Below are positions 9,602 to 17,579 of a stretch of 37,165 nt of DNA, in pieces. Under the pieces are notes generated by a model. The model was given only the letters and a program-made list of their open reading frames with translations, had not been told where the DNA came from and did no database searches. The position numbers and the translations under genes were made by a program. How positions within the stretch are numbered: the first letter of the stretch is position 1; every line of letters begins with the position of its first letter. This stretch comes from a virus. Taxonomy: Duplodnaviria > Caudoviricetes. The stretch lies in IMG/VR virus record IMGVR_UViG_3300029822_000036, positions 1-37,165 of that record. One strand, written 5' to 3'.

Positions 9602-10201
9602 ATGGCAACTAAAAAAGAATTGACAACTGTGGCGAAGGAACTGAACAAGGTATTGGGATTAGACCCTGCAATTGATACCGGTTCCCGGGTGAAGCTAGCT
9701 GACCTGGAGGAAGCAATCAAGCAGGCTATCGGGCTTATTGAGCCAGGGGATGAATTTACCGAAGCAACCCAGGCTATTATCACCGCCCTTAGCCCAGCCC
9801 CCCAGGAGGATGCCCCGGAAGAAGAAGCCCCGGAAGAAGAAGCCCCGGAGGGTGATGATGATGACGATGATGACGATGATGACGATGGAGAACCAGAGGA
9901 AGAAACTCCGGAAGAAGAAGCCCCACCGGAACCCACGAAGGCTGACAAGAAAAAGGAAAAAAAGGACAAGCCGGAGAAAAAGGCAAAGGCGAAAGATGAT
10001 AACAAACCAACCAAGAAAAAGATCGTCCTGGAATGCCTGAAAAAAGGAGCGACCATTGAACAGATAGCGAAAGAGATAGCCAAAGCCGGCATCGATGACG
10101 ATTATGACAAGAATTGCCGGGTAGTCAAGGCATGGCTAAATAAAATGGGATTCGATACCAAAAAGGCCGCAATTGAAGCAAATCCCATTTTCAAGGGTTA
10201 G
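9602..10201 (+). CDS. Hypothetical protein with poly-acidic linker, Lys-rich region and C-terminal HTH-like domain
   Basis: APEEE repeats, a poly-Asp run, a K-rich segment and GATIEQIAKEIAK. Has a strong RBS and its own promoter. Confidence 0.75.
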   Translation: MATKKELTTVAKELNKVLGLDPAIDTGSRVKLADLEEAIKQAIGLIEPGDEFTEATQAIITALSPAPQEDAPEEEAPEEEAPEGDDDDDDDDDDDGEPEEETPEEEAPPEPTKADKKKEKKDKPEKKAKAKDDNKPTKKKIVLECLKKGATIEQIAKEIAKAGIDDDYDKNCRVVKAWLNKMGFDTKKAAIEANPIFKG

Positions 10202-10206
10202 TTAGA

Positions 10207-11070
10207 ATGACCAAGGAGAGGAGAATTGTCTATAAAATTGAAAAGGGGATGGATCCCAGAAAAGTTTACTGTTCGACATACCAGATGAGAAACTTTTACG
10301 CGCAACTGGCAGATGGGTTCTTCTCTTCCCTGGACGTTATGAATTACATCCAGCATCACGCGGCCGTGCGGCGGATGAAAAAGGGGTGGCGAGTCCTGGA
10401 CGTATGTTGCGGCCGGGGCTTGCTTTTACCGCTTATTCGATATCGGAAGCCAGGGATCAAGGAATACGTCGGGGTGGATATCTCTGAGACGAATATCCGG
10501 GAACAGACCCGGCGTTCCGGAGTCAAGAAAATAAACGATATGAAGGAATACTACCCGTTTAAAGTCACCCATGTCATTGAAAGTGTGGAAGATATGGACA
10601 AAGCCCTGGAGCCTTGTTCATTTGATTTCATTGTCTATACTTCGGCAGTTGAGCATATGCAGAAGGAGGTGGGCTATAAATCTCTACAAAACTGCTATCA
10701 ATTATTGAAGCCGGGGCATGAAATGTTTCTATCTTGCCCGAACACCATGAACAAGGAAGATCCCTACGACACCCAATATGCGGCTCATGTCTACGAATGG
10801 AATATCAACGAACTTCGGGAGGCTGTCCAGGAAATAGGATTCACAATTGAGGAAGAATATGGGCTGGTAGGAAAGGTAAAAGACTTCGAGCAATGGTTGG
10901 AAGGACAATCCCTCCAGATTAAGGAGCAATATTATTCCCTGAAAAAATATATGCCGTCTGCCTGGCTAATGGCATATGCCCCTATTTTATATCCGGAATC
11001 TGCGGCAGAAGTTTTACTGATATGTTCCAAGGACGGGAAGAGGAAAAAACAGAAAGGGTTTGATCTGTAA
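10207..11070 (+). CDS. Class I SAM-dependent methyltransferase
   Basis: Motif I VLDVCCGRG, YVGVDIS, SFDFIV...AVEH and LLKPG. Confidence 0.88.
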   Translation: MTKERRIVYKIEKGMDPRKVYCSTYQMRNFYAQLADGFFSSLDVMNYIQHHAAVRRMKKGWRVLDVCCGRGLLLPLIRYRKPGIKEYVGVDISETNIREQTRRSGVKKINDMKEYYPFKVTHVIESVEDMDKALEPCSFDFIVYTSAVEHMQKEVGYKSLQNCYQLLKPGHEMFLSCPNTMNKEDPYDTQYAAHVYEWNINELREAVQEIGFTIEEEYGLVGKVKDFEQWLEGQSLQIKEQYYSLKKYMPSAWLMAYAPILYPESAAEVLLICSKDGKRKKQKGFDL

Positions 11071-11681
11071 TGAGAGAAATTAGAGAAGAAATTAAAGCCG
11101 CATCGGCTGATCCCCTTGAATTTGCGGCGTGGAATCTCCTTCAGGCATTGAGTGAGGAGTTAGGGTTAGATCTAAATGACGAAAATTTCTATGATACTCC
11201 AGCCCGCATGTCCCGTATGTATCGGGAGATATTATCCGGGCTCCCCGATACGGACAGGCAAGTAAAGGAAATATTAAATGCGGCTTTTCCAAGTAATAAT
11301 GACCAGCTGGTATTGGTTAAGGATATCGAAGCTTTTTCGATGTGCCCCCACCATTTCCTACCGGTACATTATAAGCTTCATATAGCATACATAGCCAGCA
11401 CCCGAGTTATCGGCCTTTCCAAGCTGGCTAGATTGGCTAATATATTGGCCAAGCGTCCCGTCTTACAAGAACAGCTCACAGAGGATATTGCTTCTAGTCT
11501 TATGAAAATTGAAGGATGTTTAGGAGCAGCTTGCATTGCAGAAGGAGTCCATTATTGTATGGTCATGCGGGGAGCCCGGCAGAGCCAGGCAAAGACAGTC
11601 ACCTCTAGCCTAAAAGGAGTATTCCTGGAGGGGGATGGACAAGCCCGGCAAGAACTAATGCAATTAATCCGGAATTCATAA
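11070..11681 (+). CDS. folE: GTP cyclohydrolase I
   Basis: TPARM, SMCPHHFLP, GLSKLAR, LQE and HYCMVMRG. Confidence 0.95.
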   Translation: MREIREEIKAASADPLEFAAWNLLQALSEELGLDLNDENFYDTPARMSRMYREILSGLPDTDRQVKEILNAAFPSNNDQLVLVKDIEAFSMCPHHFLPVHYKLHIAYIASTRVIGLSKLARLANILAKRPVLQEQLTEDIASSLMKIEGCLGAACIAEGVHYCMVMRGARQSQAKTVTSSLKGVFLEGDGQARQELMQLIRNS

Positions 11682-11682
11682 A

Positions 11683-11847
11683 ATGCGGATCTATCTTGCC
11701 GGCTCAGCCGCTTTAGTGGAGGACGAGAAAAGGGCATTCCAGCTGGGCAGAAACCGGCTTATATCCTATTTTTCCACCCTTCCCTGGCGGATAGATAGCA
11801 AATCCGTCCTTCTTAATTTCAAGTGGGCCAAGGAGGGATTAGATTGA
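11683..11847 (+). CDS. Mini-ORF 1 (54 aa), DpdA-N-terminus-like module (not in ORF track)
   Basis: MRIYLAGSAALVEDEKRAFQLGRNRLISYFSTLPWRIDSKSVLLNFKWAKEGLD*. Starts 2 nt after the folE stop. Confidence 0.65.
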   Translation: MRIYLAGSAALVEDEKRAFQLGRNRLISYFSTLPWRIDSKSVLLNFKWAKEGLD

Positions 11848-12008
11848 AAATTTATTTTGCTGGGAATGTAGGGATGCCGGAAAGAGAAAGAAAAAACAAA
11901 GCATTATATGCTCAGCGGTTATTTTCTTATTTCTATATTTTGCCCGGAGAATCTGAGCATAACGTATTTGCTTGGTTTATATCCTTTATGCGGGGAATGA
12001 AAGCATGA
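11844..12008 (+). CDS. Mini-ORF 2 (54 aa), DpdA-N-terminus-like module
   Basis: TTG start after AAGGAGGG and overlapping the previous stop: MKIYFAGNVGMPERERKNKALYAQRLFSYFYILPG... Confidence 0.7.
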   Translation: MKIYFAGNVGMPERERKNKALYAQRLFSYFYILPGESEHNVFAWFISFMRGMKA

Positions 12009-12158
12009 ATATTTTTTTTGCTGGTCTTCCAGGAGGAGTCCACCCTAACAAAAGTAAAGGAGTCCAAAAAATTATTCAAAAAGAAAACCCATAAATTATT
12101 TTCATATTTATATTCTCAAGAAGGAGGAATTGAATATGATTGGTATAGGTGGTGTACT
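12005..12158 (+). pseudogene. Mini-module 3, frameshifted: MNIFFAG... in frame 0 and ...KLFSYLY... in the +1 frame, which runs into the dpdA-like gene
   Basis: ATG at 12005 gives MNIFFAGLPGG...ENP*. The +1 frame gives KESKKLFKKKTHKLFSYLY and is open into MSKKTDLFLDSG. Confidence 0.55.
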
Positions 12159-13079
12159 ATGAGTAAAAAAACAGACCTATTCCTTGATTCCGGGGCTTTC
12201 TCAGCCTGGACGCAGGGAGTGGAAATTGATATCTACAAATACATCGAATTCATAAAAGAACATATGGATGTATTGAGTGTATACGCCAATCTGGATGTGA
12301 TTGGCGTGGGAGGGAAACAACCAAATAGGCTAACCGCAGAAAAGACCCTGGAGAACCAGAAGATTATGGAAAAAGCGGGACTTAGCCCATTGCCTTGTTT
12401 TCATATCGGGGAGCCTTTTGAATATCTGCAGTACTACGTAGATAATTACGATTACTTAGCTTTAGGAGTCGCCGGGAATGCTGGAGCAAAACTAATCCCC
12501 TGGCTGGATGAATGCTTCTCCAATTACATTTGTGGCGGTGATGGTCTTCCGAAAATTAAAATACATGGTTTTGCTGTAACTTCTTTAAAAGTAATGTTGC
12601 GGTATCCCTTCTATAGCGTGGATTCTACTTCCTGGGTAATGACCTCTAGGATGGGATCTATTTTCGTCCCTAGGTATCGGGGAGGGAAATGGCTTTACGA
12701 TGAGAACTCATGGAAGGTAGCCGTGTCTTCCAGAAGCCCAGGCAAAACAGAGGCAGGAAAGCATATAGATACTTTTTCTCCTAGGCATGAACAAGTCATC
12801 TTAGATTACCTACAGGAAAAAGGATATCAGCTCGGTAAGTCCAGATTTGAGAAATTCCCACAAACCCATGAATTAAAAGATAATGAGCGTTGGGCAGAAA
12901 AGAAACCGAAAGATAAAGGGGCTTCCCGGCTCCTTGAAATCATAGAAGAAGAAGGAGTAGCGAATCGGTATCAACTACGAGATGAAATGAATATCATTTA
13001 TTTTCAAGATCTCGAAAAAACCATACCAGAATGGCCCTGGGCGTTTAAACCAAAAGGATTGAAGGGGTTTTCACTATGA
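12159..13079 (+). CDS. dpdA: TGT-fold 7-deazaguanine DNA transglycosylase (DpdA-like)
   Basis: LFLDSGAFSAW, ANLDVIG, PCFH, KIHGFAVT and SVDSTSW, in a folE/queD/queE context. ATG at 12159 follows RBS AGGTGGTG; the ORF track starts at 12018. Confidence 0.75.
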   Translation: MSKKTDLFLDSGAFSAWTQGVEIDIYKYIEFIKEHMDVLSVYANLDVIGVGGKQPNRLTAEKTLENQKIMEKAGLSPLPCFHIGEPFEYLQYYVDNYDYLALGVAGNAGAKLIPWLDECFSNYICGGDGLPKIKIHGFAVTSLKVMLRYPFYSVDSTSWVMTSRMGSIFVPRYRGGKWLYDENSWKVAVSSRSPGKTEAGKHIDTFSPRHEQVILDYLQEKGYQLGKSRFEKFPQTHELKDNERWAEKKPKDKGASRLLEIIEEEGVANRYQLRDEMNIIYFQDLEKTIPEWPWAFKPKGLKGFSL

Positions 13080-13234
13080 GAGTTTATTTAGTATCCTTCC
13101 CGGATGATATCCCGACGTTGAGGCGCCTACGGAAGAAAAAGAAAAAAGAGATCCTAGTGAGTTATTTCTTCCTGCTGGAGAAGGGGAAATCATTGCGGGA
13201 AGTTTTGAAAGAAATGGAGGAACAGAAGAAATGA
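13076..13234 (+). CDS. Mini-ORF 4 (52 aa), diverged DpdA-N-terminus-like module (not in ORF track)
   Basis: MRVYLVSFPDDIPTLRRLRKKKKKEILVSYFFLLEKG...; ATGA overlaps with both neighbouring genes. Confidence 0.6.
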   Translation: MRVYLVSFPDDIPTLRRLRKKKKKEILVSYFFLLEKGKSLREVLKEMEEQKK

Positions 13235-14250
13235 AAATAGACAAAAAGGAATTGCAATTAGCATTAGAGAAAGTCAAGCCAGGGCTGGCGAGTAAGGAAG
13301 TAATCGAGCAATCCACCAGTTTTGCTTTTATGGGGGATCGGGTGGCTACGTATAATGATGAAATCAGTATTTCCCATCCGGTAAAAGGATTAGATGTGAC
13401 GGGGGCGGTTAAAGCTCAAGCCCTTTATTCCTTTTTAAGCAAAGTGAAAAGGGATGAGATTGACGTAGAATGGGAAGAGAACCAGGTCGTTATTAAGGCT
13501 GGGAAATCCAAAGCCGGCTTAGTGTTTGAGCAGGAAGTGAAATTGCCTGTGGAAGAAGTCGGGGAAATCGGGAAATGGAAGAAATTACCGGCAGAGATAT
13601 TGGATGCCCTTAAATTCTGTCATTCATGTTGCTCTAAAGATATGAGCCGTCCCGTTTTGACTTGCGTATATGTGGGAGGGGATTCTGTCCAGGCATCCGA
13701 TTCCTACCAGATCGTAAAATATGGGCTTGAGAAGAAAGTCCCAGTTAAGGGGTTTTTGATCCCGGCTTCTTCCACCAGGGAGCTTGTGAAATATGACATC
13801 AAGGAGATTGCGGAAGGGCAGGGCTGGTATCATTTTAAAACAGATGATGGGACTATCTTTTCTTCCAGGGTATTCAATGGGGAATTCCCGGATATAGAAC
13901 GGTTCTTGGAGTTCAAGGGGAAGGAAGTATCATTCCCAAAAACAGCTATTCAGGCATTAGAGCGGGCTAGGATCTTTTCCAAAGGTGATTTCAATGCTAG
14001 CAATCTGGAGATCGTGGAAGTAGAAGTGACAGAAGGACAGATAAAATTTGCCGCGCAAGATTCCTCCGGCTGGTTTGAAGAGATCACCAAGACCAAGTAT
14101 AAAGGGGAAAAGATTAAATTCACTACTAGTGTAGAATTCTTAATTAATTTATTGGGCCAAGCCCCCTCCTGCATTTACGGGGAAGGAAGGGTCAAGTTCT
14201 CCGGGGAAAAATGGACTCATGTCGTCGCCGTCACAGCTGAGGAAGAGTAA
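13231..14250 (+). CDS. dnaN: DNA sliding clamp (beta-clamp-like)
   Basis: SKDMSRPVLTCV, ASDSYQI and SRVFNGEFPD match beta-clamp motifs; 339 aa. Confidence 0.82.
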   Translation: MKIDKKELQLALEKVKPGLASKEVIEQSTSFAFMGDRVATYNDEISISHPVKGLDVTGAVKAQALYSFLSKVKRDEIDVEWEENQVVIKAGKSKAGLVFEQEVKLPVEEVGEIGKWKKLPAEILDALKFCHSCCSKDMSRPVLTCVYVGGDSVQASDSYQIVKYGLEKKVPVKGFLIPASSTRELVKYDIKEIAEGQGWYHFKTDDGTIFSSRVFNGEFPDIERFLEFKGKEVSFPKTAIQALERARIFSKGDFNASNLEIVEVEVTEGQIKFAAQDSSGWFEEITKTKYKGEKIKFTTSVEFLINLLGQAPSCIYGEGRVKFSGEKWTHVVAVTAEEE

Positions 14251-14255
14251 ACCAT

Positions 14256-15479
14256 ATGAAAGGATTTTTTACTAAAGAACAATCGCAGGTGAAAGGCGGG
14301 GAAATGAAAGGAATTTCCTGCGCCACCTGCGGATTATACAAAAATGCAATAACTCCCCGGATGAAGCCCTATGGTAATTTTAAAAAAGGGATCATGGTTA
14401 TCGGAGAATCCCCCGCCCAGGAAGACGACAAAAGGGGCAAACCATTCCAAAGCAAAGGAGGGAGATTATTACAAAGGAAGCTGGAATCGCTCGGGCTAAA
14501 TCTATTTGAAGATTGCATCTGTTTAAATGCCGTGAATTGCCAGCCTACGGATAAAAAAGGAGCGGGAAGAGCCCCGAACGATCACGAAATAACTTGCTGT
14601 AGACCGAAAGTCATAGAAGCAATCAAGAAATATCAACCAAAAGTAATCATTCTACTCGGGGGAATCCCGACAACTTCTCTAATAGCTTATAGGTGGAAGG
14701 GAGGAGCTAGCGGCGTGAGCTTATGGAGGGGATGGGCTATTCCAGATAGAGAATATAATGCCTGGGTCTGCCCTACCTTTCATCCGGTGTTTATTGATCG
14801 AAGGGATAAAGATGATGAAGCCGGGGTAATCTGGGAACGGGATTTTAAACAGGCCCTATCCAAGCTGAGAAAACCGTTCCCCTATCCTCCGGATGAAGAA
14901 GAACGAATCATTATTACAGATGATATTGCCGGGGTTTTGGAAAAGATGCAGGATTCTTCTATGATGGCATTTGACTTAGAGACCACCGGGCTGAAGCCCT
15001 ATAATACGGAGATTCATAAAATAGCTACGATCTCATTTTGTAATAATGAGAATGAGGCATATGCCTGCCCCTTTCCCACTAGCCGGAAGCATCTTAGATC
15101 GTTAAAGCAATTACTGGAGAATCCCCGGGTGGGAAAGATTGCGGCTAATATGAAATATGAAGATACCTGGCTCAATATCCTGCATGGTATAGGCGTCTAC
15201 CCCTGGAAATTTGATACCATGCAGGCGGCTCATATACAAGACAACCGCCCCGGAATAACAGGGCTTAAATTTCAATACTATATCCAATTCGGGCTATTGG
15301 GATATGATGATGCTATAGGTCCTTATATGAAAGCCGCGGATTCTTATAACGTAAATAGGATTCCGGAATTAATAGCGAGCAAGGAGGGGCTCCGGAAATT
15401 ATTGCTGTATAATGGGATTGACAGCCTTGCGACGTTCCGCCTAGCTCTACGGCAGATGGAGGAGATGGGGATAAAATGA
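14256..15479 (+). CDS. Family-4 uracil-DNA glycosylase domain fused to 3'-5' exonuclease (N-terminal half of a split PolA)
   Basis: UDG motifs CATC, GESPA..ED..G.PF, NAVNCQP and TFHP. Exonuclease motifs DLETTG, NMKYED and YNGID. Confidence 0.85.
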   Translation: MKGFFTKEQSQVKGGEMKGISCATCGLYKNAITPRMKPYGNFKKGIMVIGESPAQEDDKRGKPFQSKGGRLLQRKLESLGLNLFEDCICLNAVNCQPTDKKGAGRAPNDHEITCCRPKVIEAIKKYQPKVIILLGGIPTTSLIAYRWKGGASGVSLWRGWAIPDREYNAWVCPTFHPVFIDRRDKDDEAGVIWERDFKQALSKLRKPFPYPPDEEERIIITDDIAGVLEKMQDSSMMAFDLETTGLKPYNTEIHKIATISFCNNENEAYACPFPTSRKHLRSLKQLLENPRVGKIAANMKYEDTWLNILHGIGVYPWKFDTMQAAHIQDNRPGITGLKFQYYIQFGLLGYDDAIGPYMKAADSYNVNRIPELIASKEGLRKLLLYNGIDSLATFRLALRQMEEMGIK

Positions 15480-16852
15480 TAAAAATAGAAGCAACTACAG
15501 CAGATGCCTACAGATTATTCCATGATGGAATCCTAGCCCTAGCCCGTGCAGAACGGGAGGGTATCCGGGTAGATGTGGAATACAGTGAACAGAAAAAGAA
15601 GCATCTTGAAAGGAAAATAGAATATCACCAAAAGCAATTAGAAGAAACCAAACTATATCGGCAGTGGAATCATGTCTATAAAGGGAAAACCAACATCCAT
15701 AGCAATCAGCAATTAGCCCGGATATTATACAAAAATATGAAGATAGAACCCGTAAAAACCACGGAGACAGGGCAAGGGGCCACGGATGAAGAAGCCCTAC
15801 GCCGGCTAGATATCCCGGGTCTGGATTTGATCCTATCCATACGAAAGCTATCCAAGATTAAGAACACTTATTTAGGAGCTTTCACCAGAGAACAATTTAA
15901 TGGATTCATTCATCCATCTTTTAACCTGCATAACGTCCGGACTTATAGATCGTCATCTGAAGGACCGAACTTTCAAAACATCCCTAAAAGGGACAAGGAA
16001 TCGATGAAGATATGCCGGAGGGCAATCCTACCCCGCCCCGGACATATGCTCATTGAAGCCGATTTCTCTGCCCTAGAAGTTAATATTTCCGAGTGCTATC
16101 ATAAAGATCCTGTGATGATGAAATACCTGTTGGATGATAAATCGGATATGCACTTAGATATGGCTAAGCAAATATTCATGATGCCGGATATGCAAAAGAG
16201 CATTCCTGCCCATGCCGTAATGAGGCAAGCCGCTAAGAATGGGTTTGTATTCCCCCAGTTCTACGGAGATTATTACGGGAATAATGCTCATTCCCTTTGC
16301 GAATGGACGAAATTATCAAGGGAAAGGTGGAAAGGAGGACAGGGGCTAGAACTCCCGGATGGTTCTCATATTTCCAATCATTTGCTGAGTAAGGGCATAA
16401 AGAGCTTCGATCAATTTACGGAACATATGAAAAAGGTGGAGGACGACTTCTGGAACCGGCGATTTAAAGAGTATGGCAGATGGAAAAAGAAATCCGTCCG
16501 GGATTACAGGAAACGGGGCTGGCTTAAAACTCATACCGGCTTCACTTGTTCCGGATTAATGCGGGATAATGAAATAAGCAATTACCCTATACAGGGATCG
16601 GCGTTCCATTGCCTGTTATTTACATTTATCGAGCTGGATAAAATAGCTCAGCGGGAAAAATGGAAATCAAAAATAGTCGGGCAGATTCATGACTCCATAT
16701 TATTAGATGCTGACCCGGCAGAACTAGGAAGGATCAAAGAAGCTCTACAAACGATTGTGAAAGAAATCCTACCAAATGCCTGGAAATGGATTATTGTTCC
16801 TCTGGAGATCGATGTGGAGGAATACGGCGTAGATCTTCCCTGGGTGAGTTAA
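15476..16852 (+). CDS. polA: Family A DNA polymerase, polymerase domain
   Basis: PNFQNIP, motif A ADFSALE, motif B RQAAKNGFVFPQFYG, NYPIQG and motif C QIHDS. Confidence 0.93.
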   Translation: MIKIEATTADAYRLFHDGILALARAEREGIRVDVEYSEQKKKHLERKIEYHQKQLEETKLYRQWNHVYKGKTNIHSNQQLARILYKNMKIEPVKTTETGQGATDEEALRRLDIPGLDLILSIRKLSKIKNTYLGAFTREQFNGFIHPSFNLHNVRTYRSSSEGPNFQNIPKRDKESMKICRRAILPRPGHMLIEADFSALEVNISECYHKDPVMMKYLLDDKSDMHLDMAKQIFMMPDMQKSIPAHAVMRQAAKNGFVFPQFYGDYYGNNAHSLCEWTKLSRERWKGGQGLELPDGSHISNHLLSKGIKSFDQFTEHMKKVEDDFWNRRFKEYGRWKKKSVRDYRKRGWLKTHTGFTCSGLMRDNEISNYPIQGSAFHCLLFTFIELDKIAQREKWKSKIVGQIHDSILLDADPAELGRIKEALQTIVKEILPNAWKWIIVPLEIDVEEYGVDLPWVS

Positions 16853-16893
16853 AATAAGCTTAAATCGTATAATAAGATAGGAGGTGATTATAA

Positions 16894-17097
16894 ATGACTA
16901 TTGAGCGGGAGGGATTGGTATACACTAAGGAATCGGTATACACTATAAAATGTGATATCTGTGGGGATGTAATTTATATGGGAAAAACAGACGATTTCAA
17001 TGATACGATAGATCGTAAAAAAGAAAGTGGATGGAAAAGCACTCGCTACCAAGGGGAGTGGCAGGATATCTGCCCAAAATGCCAGGAGGGGAAATAA
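16894..17097 (+). CDS. Small zinc-ribbon protein
   Basis: CDICG...GW...CPKC; RBS GGAGGTG and an upstream TATAAT. Confidence 0.75.
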   Translation: MTIEREGLVYTKESVYTIKCDICGDVIYMGKTDDFNDTIDRKKESGWKSTRYQGEWQDICPKCQEGK

Positions 17098-17151
17098 GGT
17101 GAAAAGATCAGATTCATATCATTTCGGTTTTCTCAGTAAGGAGGGAATGCA

Positions 17152-17514
17152 GTGGGTAATGTTATCAACATGAAAAGGCAGGCCGGGGATCCCAGCCAAG
17201 AGATCCAAGAAGGCCTGGAGGAATATGAGGAAATTAGGCTTTCCAGCTTCGAACAGGAGGAATTGACGGCCGACCAAGTCCGGGCACGATTCAACCAAAA
17301 GCGGCGGCCCTGGGACCGGAAGTGGGGCGGGGACTGCCCGTATAAAATCGATGCGAATGACAAAGTAGTGCGGGGATACAAGGACCTGGGGGCAAAACCC
17401 AGTCTGATTGACAGGCTGATGCCTTATATCCTGATTATAGGCTTTTTGGGGTTCTGCCTCTTGATCGGCGGGTTGGCTGAGTGGGTCATAGACTTGACTG
17501 CGGGGGTGAGGTAG
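17152..17514 (+). CDS. Hypothetical membrane-anchored protein (paralog of 29330..29713)
   Basis: C-terminal hydrophobic helix; shares the RRPWDRK...SLIDRLMP block with the paralog. Confidence 0.7.
   Translation: MGNVINMKRQAGDPSQEIQEGLEEYEEIRLSSFEQEELTADQVRARFNQKRRPWDRKWGGDCPYKIDANDKVVRGYKDLGAKPSLIDRLMPYILIIGFLGFCLLIGGLAEWVIDLTAGVR
17308..17423 (+). repeat. 116-bp dispersed direct repeat, copy 1
   Basis: Matches 29456..29571 with one mismatch by eye. Confidence 0.9.
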
Positions 17515-17516
17515 AT

Positions 17517-17576
17517 ATGGGGGAACCGCCGATACTGTTTAGTACGCCGATGGTGCAGGCGATTTTACGGAGGTGA
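17517..17576 (+). pseudogene. 19-codon remnant of an ASCH-like phage gene
   Basis: MGEPPILFSTPMVQAILRR* resembles the common phage N-terminus PILFSTPMVQAILxGRKTQTRR; has RBS GAGGT. Confidence 0.55.
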
Positions 17577-17579
17577 ATA

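Noticed and set aside
9496-10092. 198-aa minus-strand ORF and alternative-frame ORFs over the acidic protein
   Set aside because: These are shadows of GAA/GAT repeats; unlike 20217..20990 they carry no recognisable motifs.
10207-11070. Methyltransferase as a standard DNA MTase
   Set aside because: No DPPY/NPPY or PC catalytic motif is evident; it looks like a small-molecule class I enzyme.
12012-12019. T8 tract as the phase-variable site of module 3
   Set aside because: The present length gives the conserved IFFAG motif, so the frame break must lie further downstream.
17308-17423. 116-bp repeat pair as DGR template/variable repeat
   Set aside because: There is only one mismatch (T/G, not adenine-specific) and no reverse transcriptase in the window.
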